In this document: positions 28,311 through 42,467 of the stretch, piece by piece
Numbering within the stretch: position 1 is the stretch's first letter
Layout of the letters: every line of letters begins with the position of its first letter
Source: the human T2T-CHM13v2.0 reference genome, Homo sapiens
Reading direction: 5' to 3'
Assembly (NCBI GenBank): GCA_009914755.4
Contig: CP086569.2
Coordinates: forward strand, 28,864,001 to 28,928,000
DNA: 64,000 nt
Translations under genes and position numbers: made by a program
Notes under the pieces: generated by a model
Told to the model about the DNA's origin: nothing
Databases searched by the model: none
Seen by the model: the letters and a program-made list of their open reading frames with translations, nothing else

Positions 28311-31300
28311 TATTCCATGCCACTTGATTGCATTGCATTCCATTCCGTTTGATTCCAGTCCATTCAAGAAAGTTCCATTCCAGTCCATTGCTTTCGAGTC
28401 CATTCCATTCCACTCTAGTCTATTCCACTCCATTCCTTTCCATTCCATTCCATACTATTCCATTCCATTCCTTTGCTTTCCGTTTCCAATCTATTCGAGT
28501 CCATTACATTCCAGTCCAATCCATTCGATTACATTCTTTTGATTCCCTGCCAGTCGATTGCATTGCATACTAGACCATTCCAAACGAGTCCATTCCATTC
28601 TATTTCAACACTTTCCATTCCACTCTGTTCGAGTCCATTCCATTCCAGTCCATTTAATTCAAGGGCATTCCATTCCATTCCATTCCATTTCCTATTATTC
28701 CATTCCATTCAATTCCATTCGAGATGATTCCATTCCATTCTATACCATTGCTCTCTGTTCCATTCCATTCCATCTGTCTCCATTCCTTTCGTTTCGATTC
28801 CTTTCCATTCCATTCCATTACAGTTGATCCTATTTTATTAAATTGCATTCTATTCGAGTGATTTCCATTCGAGTCCTTTCCATTCGATTCCATTCCATTC
28901 TATTCCATTCCTTTGGATTCCATTCCGTTCCGTTCCGTTCACATCAATTCCTTCCGATTCCATTACATTCGATTTCTTGCCATTCGATTCCATTCCTTTT
29001 GACTCCATTTCATTCGATTCCATTCCATTCCATTAATTTCCATTCCATTCGAGACCTTTCCATTGCAGTCTTTTCCCTTCGAGTCCATTCCATTCGATTC
29101 CCTTCCATTCGATTCCATTCCATTGGAGTCCGTACTAGTTGAGTCCATTCTATTCCAGTCCATTAGTTTCGACTCCATTGCATTCGAGTGCATTCCATTC
29201 CGTGGCTGTCCATTCCATTTCGTTTGATGCCATTCCATAAGATTCCATTCAATTCGAGACCATTCTATTCCTGTCCATTCCTTGTGGTTCGATTCCATTT
29301 CACTCTAGTCCATTCCATTCCATTGAATTCCATTCGACTCTATTCCGTTCCATTCAATTCCATTCCTTTCGATTCCCTTTTTTTCGAGAACCTTCCATTA
29401 CACTCCCTTCCATTCCAGTGCATTCCATTCCAGTCTCTTCAGTTCGATTCCATTCCATTCGTTTCGATTCCATTCCATTCCAGCCCATTCCATTCCATTC
29501 CATTCCTTTCCTTTCCGTTTCATTAGATTCCATTGCATTCGATTCCATTCAATTCAATTCCGTGCTATTCAATTTGATTCATTTCCATTTAATTCCATTC
29601 CATTAGATTCCATTCCTTTCGATTCCAATCCTTTCGAATCCATTCCATTGGAGTGCATTCACTTCCAGAACATTCCATTCCAGTCGAATCCATTCGAGTA
29701 CATTCCATTAAAGTTCATTACATTCTAATACATTCCATTCCATTGCATTCCATTCCATTCCTTTCGATGCCATTCGATTCCATTCCATGCCAAATCATTG
29801 CATTCCTTTCCATTCCGTTCCTATCAATTCCATTCCATTCGATTTAGTTCGATTCTATTCACTTCCATTCCATTCGATTCCATTCCATTGGAGTCAATTC
29901 CTTTCGACACCCAGCCTTTCCAGTCAATGATTTTGGATTCCATTTTTTTGCATTCCATTACATTCTATGACATTCGATTCCGTTTCATTGCATTCCATTC
30001 CATACATTTTTATTCCATTCGAGATCGTAGCATTCCCCTTTATTCCAGGCCTGTCCATTACACTACATTCCCTTCCATTCCAATGAATTCCATTCCATTC
30101 CAATCCATTCCTTTCCTTTCGCTTGCATTCCATTCTATTCTCTTCTACTGCATACAATTTCACTCCATTCGTTCCCATTCCATTCAATTCCATTCCATTC
30201 AATTCCATTCCATTTGTTTCCATTCTCTTCGATTCCATTTCTTTATATTCCATGCCATTCGATTCCATTCTATTGGATTGCATTACATTCGTGTTCATTC
30301 CATTCCAGACCATTCCATTTGACTCCATTGCTTTCGAGCCCTTTCAATTTGAGTCCATTGTTTTCCAGTCCATTTCACTCCAGTCCATTACTATCCATTC
30401 CATACCATTCCATCCCATTCCATTCCATTCCATTGCATTCCATTGCATTCCATTCCATTCCATTCCATTGCACTGCACTCCATTCCATTACATTCTACTC
30501 TATTTGAGTCGATTTTATTGCATTAGATTCTATTCCATTGGATTACTTTCCATTCGATTACATTCCATTCATGTACATTCCATTCCAGTCAATTACATTC
30601 GAGTTCATTACATTACATTCCAGTATATTCCATTGTATTCGATCCCATTCCTTTCAATTCCATTTCATTCGACTCCATTATATTCGATTCCATTCCACTC
30701 GAATCCATTCCATTAGAGGACATTCCATTCCAATGCATTCCATTCCATTCCATAGCATTCCAATGCATTCCATTCCATTCCATTTGATGCCATTCCATGA
30801 CATTCCATTCCATTCGAGTCCATTCCGTTCCAATTCATTCCATTCCGTTTCATGAAATTCGAGTCCTTTCCAGTACATTTCATTCCAATCCCATCCAATC
30901 CAATCTACTCCATTCAATTCCTTTCCATTCCATTTGATTAGATTCCATTGATTTGATTCCATTCAGTTTGATTCCATTCCGTGAAATTTTGTTCCATTCT
31001 ATTCCATTGCTTTACTTTCCATTCAATTCCATTCCATTTCATTTCAGTCCATTCGCTTCCTTTCCTTTCGATTCAATTCCATTTCATTCCACTCCATTCT
31101 ATGCGATTTCATTCCAATCGATTCAATTCCATTCGATGACATTCCTTTCGTTTCCATTCCATTCGAGTCCATTCAATTTGAGCATTCGTGTCCATTCTAT
31201 TCGAGTCCATTCCATTACCGTCTATTCTATTCCCTTCCATTCCTGTTGATTCAATTTCATTCCCTTCCATTCGATTCCTTTCCATTCGATTCCATTCCTT

Positions 31301-31828
31301 TCCATTCCATTCCATTCGTTCCCATTCCATGTGATTTCATTCCATTACAGTCCATTATATTCGAGTCCACTCCACTCCATTCTATTACATTCAATTCCTT
31401 TTGAGTCCGTTCCATAACACTCCATTCATTTCGATTCCATTTCTTGCCAGTTTTCTTCCATTTTATTCCATTCCGTTCGATTCCATTCCATTCGATTGCA
31501 TTCATTTCGAATCCTTTCCATTCCATTTCATTCCATTCCTTTCTATTCCATTCCATTTCATTCGATTTGATTCCATTCTGTTCTATTCCATTCAATTCTT
31601 TTTCATTCCATTCGAATCCTTTCTATTGCAGTCCATTCCATTCGAGTCCATTCTAATCCCTTCCATTCCATTCCATTACAGTCCATTCCAATAGATTCCA
31701 TTCCTTTGCCTTCCATTCGAATCCATTCCATTCTAGTCCATTCCATTTGAGTCAATTCCATTCTATTCCTTTCCAATCCATTCGATTCCATTCGATTCAA
31801 TTCCATTTGATTCTCTTTCATTCTATTT
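28311..31828 (+). repeat. HSat3 HOR unit 9 (3518 bp), class B with a single copy of the 15-bp CCATTTGATGCCATT motif (about 30781-30800)
   Basis: Anchor at 28311 and 31829. The 105-aa ORF at 30538..30855 shows the same single-copy state as unit 4. Confidence 0.8.
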
Positions 31829-34800
31829 TATTCCATGCCACTTGATTGCATTGCATTCCATTCCGTTTGATTCCAGTCCATTCAAGAAAGTTCCATTCCA
31901 GTCCATTGCTTTCGAGTCCATTCCATTCCACTCTAGTCTATTCCACTCCATTACTTTCCATTCCATTCCATACTATTCCATTCCATTCCTTTGCTTTCCG
32001 TTTCCAATCTATTCGAGTCCATTACATTCCAGTCCAATCCATTCGATTACATTCTTTTGATTCCCTGCCAGTCGATTGCATTGCATACTAGACCATTCCA
32101 AACGAGTCCATTCCATTCTATTTCAACACTTTCCATTCCACACCGTTCGAGTCCATTCCATTCCAGTCCATTTAATTCAAGGGCATTCCATTCCATTCCA
32201 TTCCATTTCCTATTATTCCATTCCATTCAATTCCATTCCAGATTATTCCATTCCATTCTATACCATTGCTCTCTGTTCCATTCCATTCCATCTGTCTCCA
32301 TTCCTTTCGTTTCGATTCCTTTCCATTCCATTCCATTACATTTGATCCTATTTTATTAAATTGCATTCTATTCGAGTGATTTCCATTCGAGTCCTTTCCA
32401 TTCGATTCCATTCCATTCTATTCCATTCCTTTGGATTCCATTCCGTTCCGTTCCGTTCACATCAATTCCTTGCGATTCCATTACATTCGATTTCTTGCCA
32501 TTCGATTCCATTCCTTTTGACTCCATTTCATTCGATTCCATTCCATTCCATTAATTTCCATTCCATTCGAGACCTTTCCATTGCAGTCTTTTCCCTTCGA
32601 GTCCATTCCATTCGATTCCCTTCCATTCGATTCCATTCCATTGGAGTCCGTACCAGTTGAGTCCATTCTATTCCAGTCCATTAGTTTCGACTCCATTGCA
32701 TTCGAGTGCATTCCATTCCGTGGCTGTCCATTCCATTTCGTTTGATGCCATTCCATAAGATTCCATTCAATTCGAGACCATTCTATTCCTGTCCATTCCT
32801 TGTGGTTCGATTCCATTTCACTCTAGTCCATTCCATTCCATTGAATTCCATTCGACTCTATTCCGTTCCATTCAATTCCATTCCTTTCGATTCCCTTTTT
32901 TTCGAGAACCTTCCATTACACTCCCTTCCATTCCAGTGCATTCCATTCCAGTCTCTTCAGTTCGATTCCATTCCATTCGTTTCGATTCCATTCCATTCCA
33001 GCCCATTCCATTCCATTCCATTCCTTTCCTTTCCGTTTCATTAGATTCCATTGCATTCGATTCCATTCAATTCAATTCCGTGCTATTCAATTTGATTCAT
33101 TTCCATTTAATTCCATTCCATTATATTCCATTCCTTTCGATTCCATTCCTTTCGAATCCATTCCATTGGAGTGCATTCACTTCCAGAACATTCCATTCCA
33201 GTCGAATCCATTCGAGTACATTCCATTAAAGTTCATTACATTCTAATACATTCCATTCCATTGCATTCCATTCCATTCCTTTCGATGCCATTCGATTCCA
33301 TTCCATGCCAAATCATTGCATTCCTTTCCATTCCGTTCCTATCAATTCCATTCCATTCGATTTAGTTCGATTCTATTCACTTCCATTCCATTCGATTCCA
33401 TTCCATTGGAGTCAATTCCTTTCGACACCCAGCCTTTCCAGTCAATGATTTTGGATTCCATTTTTTTGCATTCCATTACATTCTATGACATTCGATTCCG
33501 TTTCATTGCATTCCATTCCATACATTTTTATTCCATTCGAGACCGTAGCATTCCCCTTTATTCCAGGCCTGTCCATTACACTACATTCCCTTCCATTCCA
33601 ATGAATTCCATTCCATTCCAATCCTTTCCTTTCCTTTCGCTTGCATTCCATTCTATTCTCTTCTACTGCATACAATTTCACTCCATTCGTTCCCATTCCA
33701 TTCAATTCCATTCCATTCAATTCCATTCCATTTGTTTCCATTCTCTTCGATTCCATTTCTTTATATTCCATGCCATTCGATTCCATTCTATTGGATTGCA
33801 TTACATTCGTGTTCATTCCATTCCAGACCATTCCATTTGATTCCATTCCTTTCGAGCCCTTTCAATTTGAGTCCATTGTTTTCCAGTCCATTTCACTCCA
33901 GTCCATTACTATCCATTCCATACCATTCCATCCCATTCCATTCCATTCCATTGCATTCCATTGCATTCCATTCCATTCCATTCCATTGCACTGCACTCCA
34001 TTCCATTACATTCTACTCTATTTGAGTCCATTTTATTGCATTAGATTCTATTCCATTGGATTACTTTCCATTCGATTACATTCCATTCATGTACATTCCA
34101 TTCCAGTCAATTACATTCGAGTTCATTACATTACATTCCAGTATATTCCATTGTATTCGATCCCATTCCTTTCAATTCCATTTCATTCGACTCCATTATA
34201 TTCGATTCCATTCCACTCGAATCCATTCCATTAGAGGACATTCCATTCCAATGCATTCCATTCCATTCCATAGCATTCCAATGCATTCGATTCCATTCCA
34301 TTTGATGCCATTCCATTTGATGCCATTCCATGACATTCCATTCCATTCGAGTCCATTCCGTTCCAATTCATTCCATTCCGTTTCATGAAATTCGAGTCCT
34401 TTCCAGTACATTTCATTCCAATCCCATCCAATCCAATCTACTCCATTCAATTCCTTTCCATTCCATTTGATTATATTCCATTGATTTGATTCCATTCAGT
34501 TTGATTCCATTCCGTGAAATTTCGTTCCATTCTATTCCATTGCATTACTTTCCATTCAATTCCATTCCATTTCATTTCAGTCCATTCGCTTCCTTTCCTT
34601 TCGATTCAATTCCATTTGATTCCACTCCATTCTATGCGATTTCATTCCAATCGATTCAATTCCATTCGATGACATTCCTTTCGTTTCCATTCCATTCGAG
34701 TCCATTCAATTTGAGCATTCGTGTCCATTCTATTCGAGTCCATTCCATTACCGTCTATTCTATTCCCTTCCATTCCTGTTGATTCAATTTCATTCCCTTC

Positions 34801-35361
34801 CATTCGATTCCTTTCCATTCGATTCCATTCCTTTCCATTCCATTCCATTCGTTCCCATTCCATGTGATTTCATTCCATTACAGTCCATTATATTCGAGTC
34901 CACTCCACTCCATTCTATTACATTCAATTCCTTTTGAGTCCGTTCCATAACACTCCATTCATTTCGATTCCATTTCTTGCCAGTTTTCTTCCATTTTATT
35001 CCATTCCGTTCGATTCCATTCCATTCGATTGCATTCATTTCGAATCCTTTCCATTCCATTTCATTCCATTCCTTTCTATTCCATTCCATTTCATTCGATT
35101 TGATTCCATTCTGTTCTATTCCATTCAATTCTTTTTCATTCCATTCGAATCCTTTCTATTGCAGTCCATTCCATTCGAGTCCATTCTAATCCCTTCCATT
35201 CCATTCCATTACAGTCCATTCCAATAGATTCCATTCCTTTGCCTTCCATTCGAATCCATTCCATTCTAGTCCATTCCATTTGAGTCAATTCCATTCTATT
35301 CCTTTCCAATCCATTCGATTCCATTCGATTCAATTCCATTTGATTCTCTTTCATTCTATTT
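31829..35361 (+). repeat. HSat3 HOR unit 10 (3533 bp), class B
   Basis: Anchor at 31829 and 35362. Confidence 0.8.
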
Positions 35362-38300
35362 TATTCCATGCCACTTGATTGCATTGCATTCCATTCCGTT
35401 TGATTCCAGTCCATTCAAGAAAGTTCCATTCCAGTCCATTGCTTTCGAGTCCATTCCATTCCACTCTAGTCTATTCCACTCCATTCCTTTCCATTCCATT
35501 CCATACTATTCCATTCCATTCCTTTGCTTTCCGTTTCCAATCTATTCGAGTCCATTACATTCCAGTCCAATCCATTCGATTACATTCTTTTGATTCCCTG
35601 CCAGTCGATTGCATTGCATACTAGACCATTCCAAACGAGTCCATTCCATTCTATTTCAACACTTTGCATTCCACTCTGTTCGAGTCCATTCCATTCCAGT
35701 CCATTTAATTCAAGGGCATTCCATTCCATTCCATTCCATTTCCTATTATTCCATTCCATTCAATTCCATTCCAGATTATTCCATTCCATTCTATACCATT
35801 GCTCTCTGTTCCATTCCATTCCATCTGTCTCCATTCCTTTCGTTTCGATTCCTTTCCATTCCATTCCATTACATTTGATCCTATTTTATTAAATTGCATT
35901 CTATTCGAGTGATTTCCATTCGAGTCCTTTCCATTCGATTCCCTTCCATTCTATTCCATTCCTTTGGATTCCATTCCGTTCCGTTCCGTTCACATCAATT
36001 CCTTGCGATTCCATTACATTCGATTTCTTGCCATTCGATTCCATTCCTTTTGACTCCATTTCATTCGATTCCATTCCATTCCATTAATTTCCATTCCATT
36101 CGAGACCTTTCCATTGCAGTCTTTTCCCTTCGAGTCCATTCCATTCGATTCCCTTCCATTCGATTCCATTCCATTGGAGTCCGTACCAGTTGAGTCCATT
36201 CTATTCCAGTCCATTAGTTTCGACTCCATTGCATTCGAGTGCATTCCATTCCGTGGCTGTCCATTCCATTTCGTTTGATGCCATTCCATAAGATTCCATT
36301 CAATTCGAGACCATTCTATTCCTGTCCATTCCTTATGGTTCGATTCCATTTCACTCTAGTCCATTCCATTCCATTGAATTCCATTCGACTCTATTCCGTT
36401 CCATTCAATTCCATTCCTTTCGATTCCCTTTTTTTCGAGAACCTTCCATTACACTCTCTTCCATTCCAGTGCATTCCATTCCAGTCTCTTCAGTTCGATT
36501 CCATTCCATTCGTTTCGATTCCATTCCATTCCAGCCCATTCCATTCCATTCCATTCCTTTCCTTTCCGTTTCATTAGATTCCATTGCATTCGATTCCATT
36601 CAATTCAATTCCGTGCTATTCAATTTGATTCATTTCCATTTAATTCCATTCCATCATATTCCATTCCTTTCGATTCCATTCCTTTCGAATCCATTCCATT
36701 GGAGTGCATTCACTTCCAGAACATTCCATTCCAGTCGAATCCATTCGAGTACATTCCATTAAAGTTCATTACATTCTAATACATTCCATTCCATTGCATT
36801 CCATTCCATTCCTTTCGATACCATTCGATTCCATTCCATGCCAAATCATTGCATTCCTTTCCATTCAGTTCCTATCAATTCCATTCCATTTGATTTAGTT
36901 CGATTCTATTCACTTCCATTCCATTCGATTCCATTCCATTGGAGTCAATTCCTTTCGACACCCAGCCTTTCCAGTCAATGATTTTGGATTCCATTTTTTT
37001 GCATTCCATTACATTCTATGACATTCGATTCCGTTTCATTGCATTCCATTCCATACATTTTTATTCCATTCGAGACCGTAGCATTCCACTTTATTCCAGG
37101 CCTGTCCATTACACTACATTACCTTCCATTCCAATGAATTCCATTCCATTCCAATCCATTCCTTTCCTTTCGCTTGCATTCCATTCTATTCTCTTCTACT
37201 GCATACAATTTCACTCCATTCGTTCCCATTCCATTCAATTCCATTCCATTCAATTCCATTCCATTTGTTTCCATTCTCTTCGATTCCATTTCTTTATGTT
37301 CCATGCCATTCGATTCCATTCTATTGGATTGCATTACATTCGTGTTCATTCCATTCCAGACCATTCCATTTGACTCCATTCCTTTCGAGCCCTTTCAATT
37401 TCAGTCCATTCTTTTCCAGTCCATTTCACTCCAGTCCAATACTATCCATTCCATACCATTCCATCCCATTCCATTCCATTCCATTGCATTCCATTGCATT
37501 CCATTCCATTCCATTCCATTCCATTGCACTGCACTCCATTCCATTACATTCTACTCTATTTGAGTCGATTTTATTGCATTAGATTCTATTCCATTGGATT
37601 ACTTTCCATTCGATTACATTCCAATCATGTACATTCCATTCCAATCAATTACATTCGAGTTCATTACATTACATTCCAGTACATTCCATTGTATTCGATC
37701 CCATTCCTTTCAATTCCATTTCATTCGACTCCATCATATTCGATTCCATTCCACTCGAATCCATTCCATTAGAGGACATTCCATTCCAATGCATTCCATT
37801 CCATTCCATAGCATTCCAATGCATTCGATTCCATTCCATTTGATGCCATTCCATTTGATGCCATTCCATGACATTCCATTCCATTCGAGTCCATTCCGTT
37901 CCAATTCATTCCATTCCGTTTCATGAAATTCGAGTCCTTTCAAGTACATTTCATTCCAATCCCATCCAATCCAATCTACTCCATTCAATTCCTTTCCATT
38001 CCATTTGATTATATTCCATTGATTTGATTCCATTCACTTTGATTCCATTCCGTGAAATTTCGTTCCATTCTATTCCATTGCATTACTTTCCATTCAATTC
38101 CATTCCATTTCATTTCAGTCCATTCGCTTCCTTTCCTTTTGATTCAATTCCATTTGATTCCACTCAATTCTATGCGATTTCATTCCAATCGATTCAATTC
38201 CATTCGATGACATTCCTTTCGTTTCCATTCCATTCGAGTCCATTCAATTTGAGCATTCGTGTCCATTCTATTCGAGTCCATTCCATTACCGTCTATTCTA

Positions 38301-38909
38301 TTCCCTTCCATTCCTGTTGATTCAATTTCATTCCCTTCCATTCGATTCCTTTCCATTCGATTCCATTCCTTTCCATTCCATTCCATTCGTTCCCATTCCA
38401 TGTGATTTCATTCCATTCCAGTCCATTATATTCGAGTCCACTCCACTCCATTCTATTACATTCAATTCCTTTTGAGTCCGTTCCATAACACTCCATTCAT
38501 TTCGATTCCATTTCTTGCCAGTTTTCTTCCATTTTATTCCATTCCGTTCGATTCCATTCCATTCGATTGCATTCCATTCGAATCCTTTCCATTCCATTTC
38601 ATTCCATTCCTTTCTATTCCATTCCATTTCATTCGATTTGATTCCATTCTGTTCTATTCCATTCAATTCTTTTTCATTCCATTCGAATCCTTTCTATTGC
38701 AGTCCATTCCATTCGAGTCCATTCCAATCCCTTCCGTTCCATTCCATTACAGTCCATTCCAATAGATTCCATTCCTTTGCCTTCCATTTGAATCCATTCC
38801 ATTCTAGTCCATTCCATTTGAGTCAATTCCATTCCATTCCATTCTATTACTTTCCAATCCATTCGATTCCATTCGATTCAATTCCATTTGATTCTCTTTC
38901 ATTCTATTT
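35362..38909 (+). repeat. HSat3 HOR unit 11 (3548 bp), transition unit B to C
   Basis: Anchor at 35362 and 38910. The 5' part is class-B-like. The 3' part gains the +10-bp segment near 38830 and has a different single-copy state of the TTCGATTGCATTCCA motif (DCIPFESF). Confidence 0.75.
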
Positions 38910-41900
38910 TATTCCATGCCATTTGATTGCATTGCATTCCATTCCGTTTGATTCCAGTCCATTCAAGAAAGTTCCATTCCAGTCCATTGTTTTCCAGTCC
39001 ATTCCATTCCACTCTAGTCTATTCCACTCCATTCCTTTCCATTCCATTCCATACTATTCCATTCCATTCCTTTGCTTTCCGTTTCCAATCTATTCGAGTC
39101 CATTGCATTCCAGTCCAATCCATTCGATTACATTCCTATTGATTCCCTGCCAGTCGATTGCATTGCATACTAGACCATTCCAAACGAGTCCATTCCATTC
39201 TATTTCAAAACTTTCCATTCCACTCTGTTCGAGTCCATTCCATTCCAGTCCATTTAATTCAAGGGCATTCCATTCCATTCCATTCCATTTCCTATTATTC
39301 CATTCCATTCAATTCCATTCCAGATGATTCCATTCCATTCTATACCATTGCTCTCTGTTCCATTCCATTCCATCTGTCTCCATTCCTTTCGTTTCGATTC
39401 CTTTCAATTCCATTCCATTACATTTGATCCTATTTTATTAAATTGCATTCTATTCGAGTGATTTCCATTCGAGTCCTTTCCATTCGATTCCATTCCATTC
39501 TATTCCATTCCTTTGGATTCCATTCCGTTCCGTTCCGTTCACATCAATTCCTTGCGATTCCATTACATTCGATTTCTTGCCATTCGATTCCATTCCTTTT
39601 GACTCCATTTCATTCGATTCCATTCCATTCCATTAATTTCCATTCCATTCGAGACCTTTCCATTGCAGTCTTTTCCCTTCGAGTCCATTCCGTTCGATTC
39701 CCTTCCATTCGATTCCATTCCATTGGAGTCCGTACCAGTCGAGTCCATTATATTCCAGTCCATTAGTGTCGACTCCATTGCATTCGAGTGCATTCCATTC
39801 CGTGGCTGTCCATTCCATTCCGTTTGATGCCATTCCATACGATTCCATTTAATTCGAGACCATTCTATTCCTGTCCATTCCTTGTGGTTCGATTCCATTT
39901 CACTCTAGCCCATTCCATTCCATTGAATTCCATTCGACTATATTCCGTTCCATTCAATTCCATTCCTTTCGATTCCATTTTTTTCGAGAACCTTCCATTA
40001 CACTCCCTTCCATTCCAGTGCATTCCATTCCAGTCTCTTCAGTTCGATTCCATTCCATTCGTTTCGATTCCATTCCATTCCAGCCCATTCCATTCCATTC
40101 CATTCCTTTCCTTTCCGTTTCATTAGATTCCATTGCATTCGATTCCATTCAATTCAATTCCGTGCTATTCAAATTGATTCATTTCCATTTAATTCCACTC
40201 CATTAGATTCCATTCCTTTCGAATCCATTCCATTGGAGTCCATTCACTTCGAGAATATTACATTCCAGTCGAATCCATTCGAGTACATTCCATTAAAGTT
40301 CATTACATTCTAATACATTCCATTCCATTGCATTCCATTCCATTCCATTCGATGCCATTCGATTCCATTCCATGCCAAATCATTGCATTCCTTTCCATTC
40401 CGTTCCTATCAATTCCATTCCATTCGATTTAGTTCGATTCTATTCACTTCCATTCCATTCGATTCCATTCCATTGGAGTCAATTCCTTTCGACACCCAGC
40501 CTTTCCTGTCAATGATTTTGGAGTCCATTATTTGCATTCCATTACATTCTATGACATTCGATTCCGTTTCATTGTATTCCATTCGATACATTTTTATTCC
40601 ATTCGAGACCGTAGCATTCCAGTTTATTCCAGGCCTGTCCATTACACTACATTCCCTTCCATTCCAATGAATTCCATTCCATTCCAATCCATTCCTTTCC
40701 TTTCGCTTGCATTCCATTCTATTCTCTTCTACTGCATACAATTTCACTCCATTCGTTCCCATTCCATTCAATTCCATTCCATTCAATTCCATTCCATTTG
40801 TTTCCATTCTCTTCGATTCCATTTCTTCATATTCCATGCCATTCGATTCCATTCTATTGGATTGCATTACATTCGTGTTGATTCCATTCCAGACCATTCC
40901 ATTTGACTCCATTCCTTTCGAGCCCTTTCAATTTGAGTCCATTGCTTTCCAGTCCATTTCACTCCAGTCCATTACAATCCATTCCATACCATTCCATCCC
41001 ATTCCATTCCATTTCATTCCATTCCATTCCATTCCATTCCATTGCATTCCATTCCATTCCATTCCATTGCACTGCACTCCATTCCATTACATTCTATTCT
41101 ATTTGAGTCGATTTTATTGCATTAGATTCTATTCCATTGGACTACTTTCCATTCGATTACATTCCATTCATGTACATTCCATTCCAGTCAATTACATTCG
41201 ATTTCATTACATTACATTCTAGTATATTCCATTCTATTCGATCCCATTTCTTTCAATTCCATTTCATTCGACTCCATTATATTCGATTCCATTCCACTCG
41301 AATCCATTCCATTAGAGGACATTCCATTCCAATGCATTCCATTCCATTCCATAGCATTCCATTGCATTCGATTCCATTCCATTTGATGCCATTCCATTTG
41401 ATGCCATTCCATGACATTCCATTCCATTCGAGTCCATTCCGTTCCAATTCATTCCATTCCGTTTCATGAAATTCGAGTCCTTTCCAGTACATTTCATTCC
41501 AATCCCATCCAATCCAATCTACTCCATTCAATTCCTTTCCATTCCATTTGATTATATTCCATTGATTTGATTCCATTCAGTTTGATTCCATTCCGTGAAA
41601 TTTCGTTCCATTCTATTCCATTGCATTACTTTCCATTCCATTCCATTCCATTTCATTTCAGTCCATTCGCTTCCTTTCCTTTCGATTCAATTCCATTTGA
41701 TTCCACTCCATTCTATGCGATTTCATTCCAATCGATTCAATTCCATTCGATGACATTTCTTTCGTTTCCATTCTATTCGAGTCCATTCAATTTGAGCATT
41801 CGTGTCCATTCTATTCGAGTCCATTCCATTACCGTCTATTCTATTCCCTTCCATTCCTGTTGATTCAATTTCATTCCCTTCCATTCGATTCCATTCCATT

Positions 41901-42467
41901 CGATTCCATTCCTTTCCATTGCTTTCCATTCGTTCCCATTCCATGTGATTTCATTCCATTCCAGTCCATTATATTCGAGTCCACTCCACTCCATTCTATT
42001 ACATTCAATTCCCTTTGATTACGTTCCATAACACTCCATTCATTTCGATTCCATTTCTTGCCGGTTTTCTTCCGTTTTATTCCATTCCGTTCGATTCCAT
42101 TCCATTCGATTGCATTCCATTCGATTGCATTCCATTCGAATCCTTTCCATTCCATTTCATTCCATTACTTTTTATTCCATTCCATTTCATTCGATTTGAT
42201 TCCATTCTGTTCTACTCCATTCAATTCTTTTTCATTCCATTCGAATCCTTTCTATTGCAGTCCATTCCATTCGAGTCCATTCCAATCCCTTCCATTCCAT
42301 TCCATTACAGTCCATTCCAATAGATTCCATTCCTTTGCCTTCCATTCGAATCCATTCCATTCTAGTCCATTCCATTTGAGTCAATTCCATTCCATGCCAT
42401 TCTATTCCTTTCCAATCCATTCGATTCCATTCGATTCAATTCCATTTGATTCTCTTTCATTCTATTT
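38910..42467 (+). repeat. HSat3 HOR unit 12 (3558 bp), divergent transition unit
   Basis: Anchor variant CATTTGATTGC at 38910, next anchor at 42468. Several private substitutions, for example the unit-12-specific minus-strand ORF at 39633..39848. GGCC retained at about 40631. Confidence 0.75.
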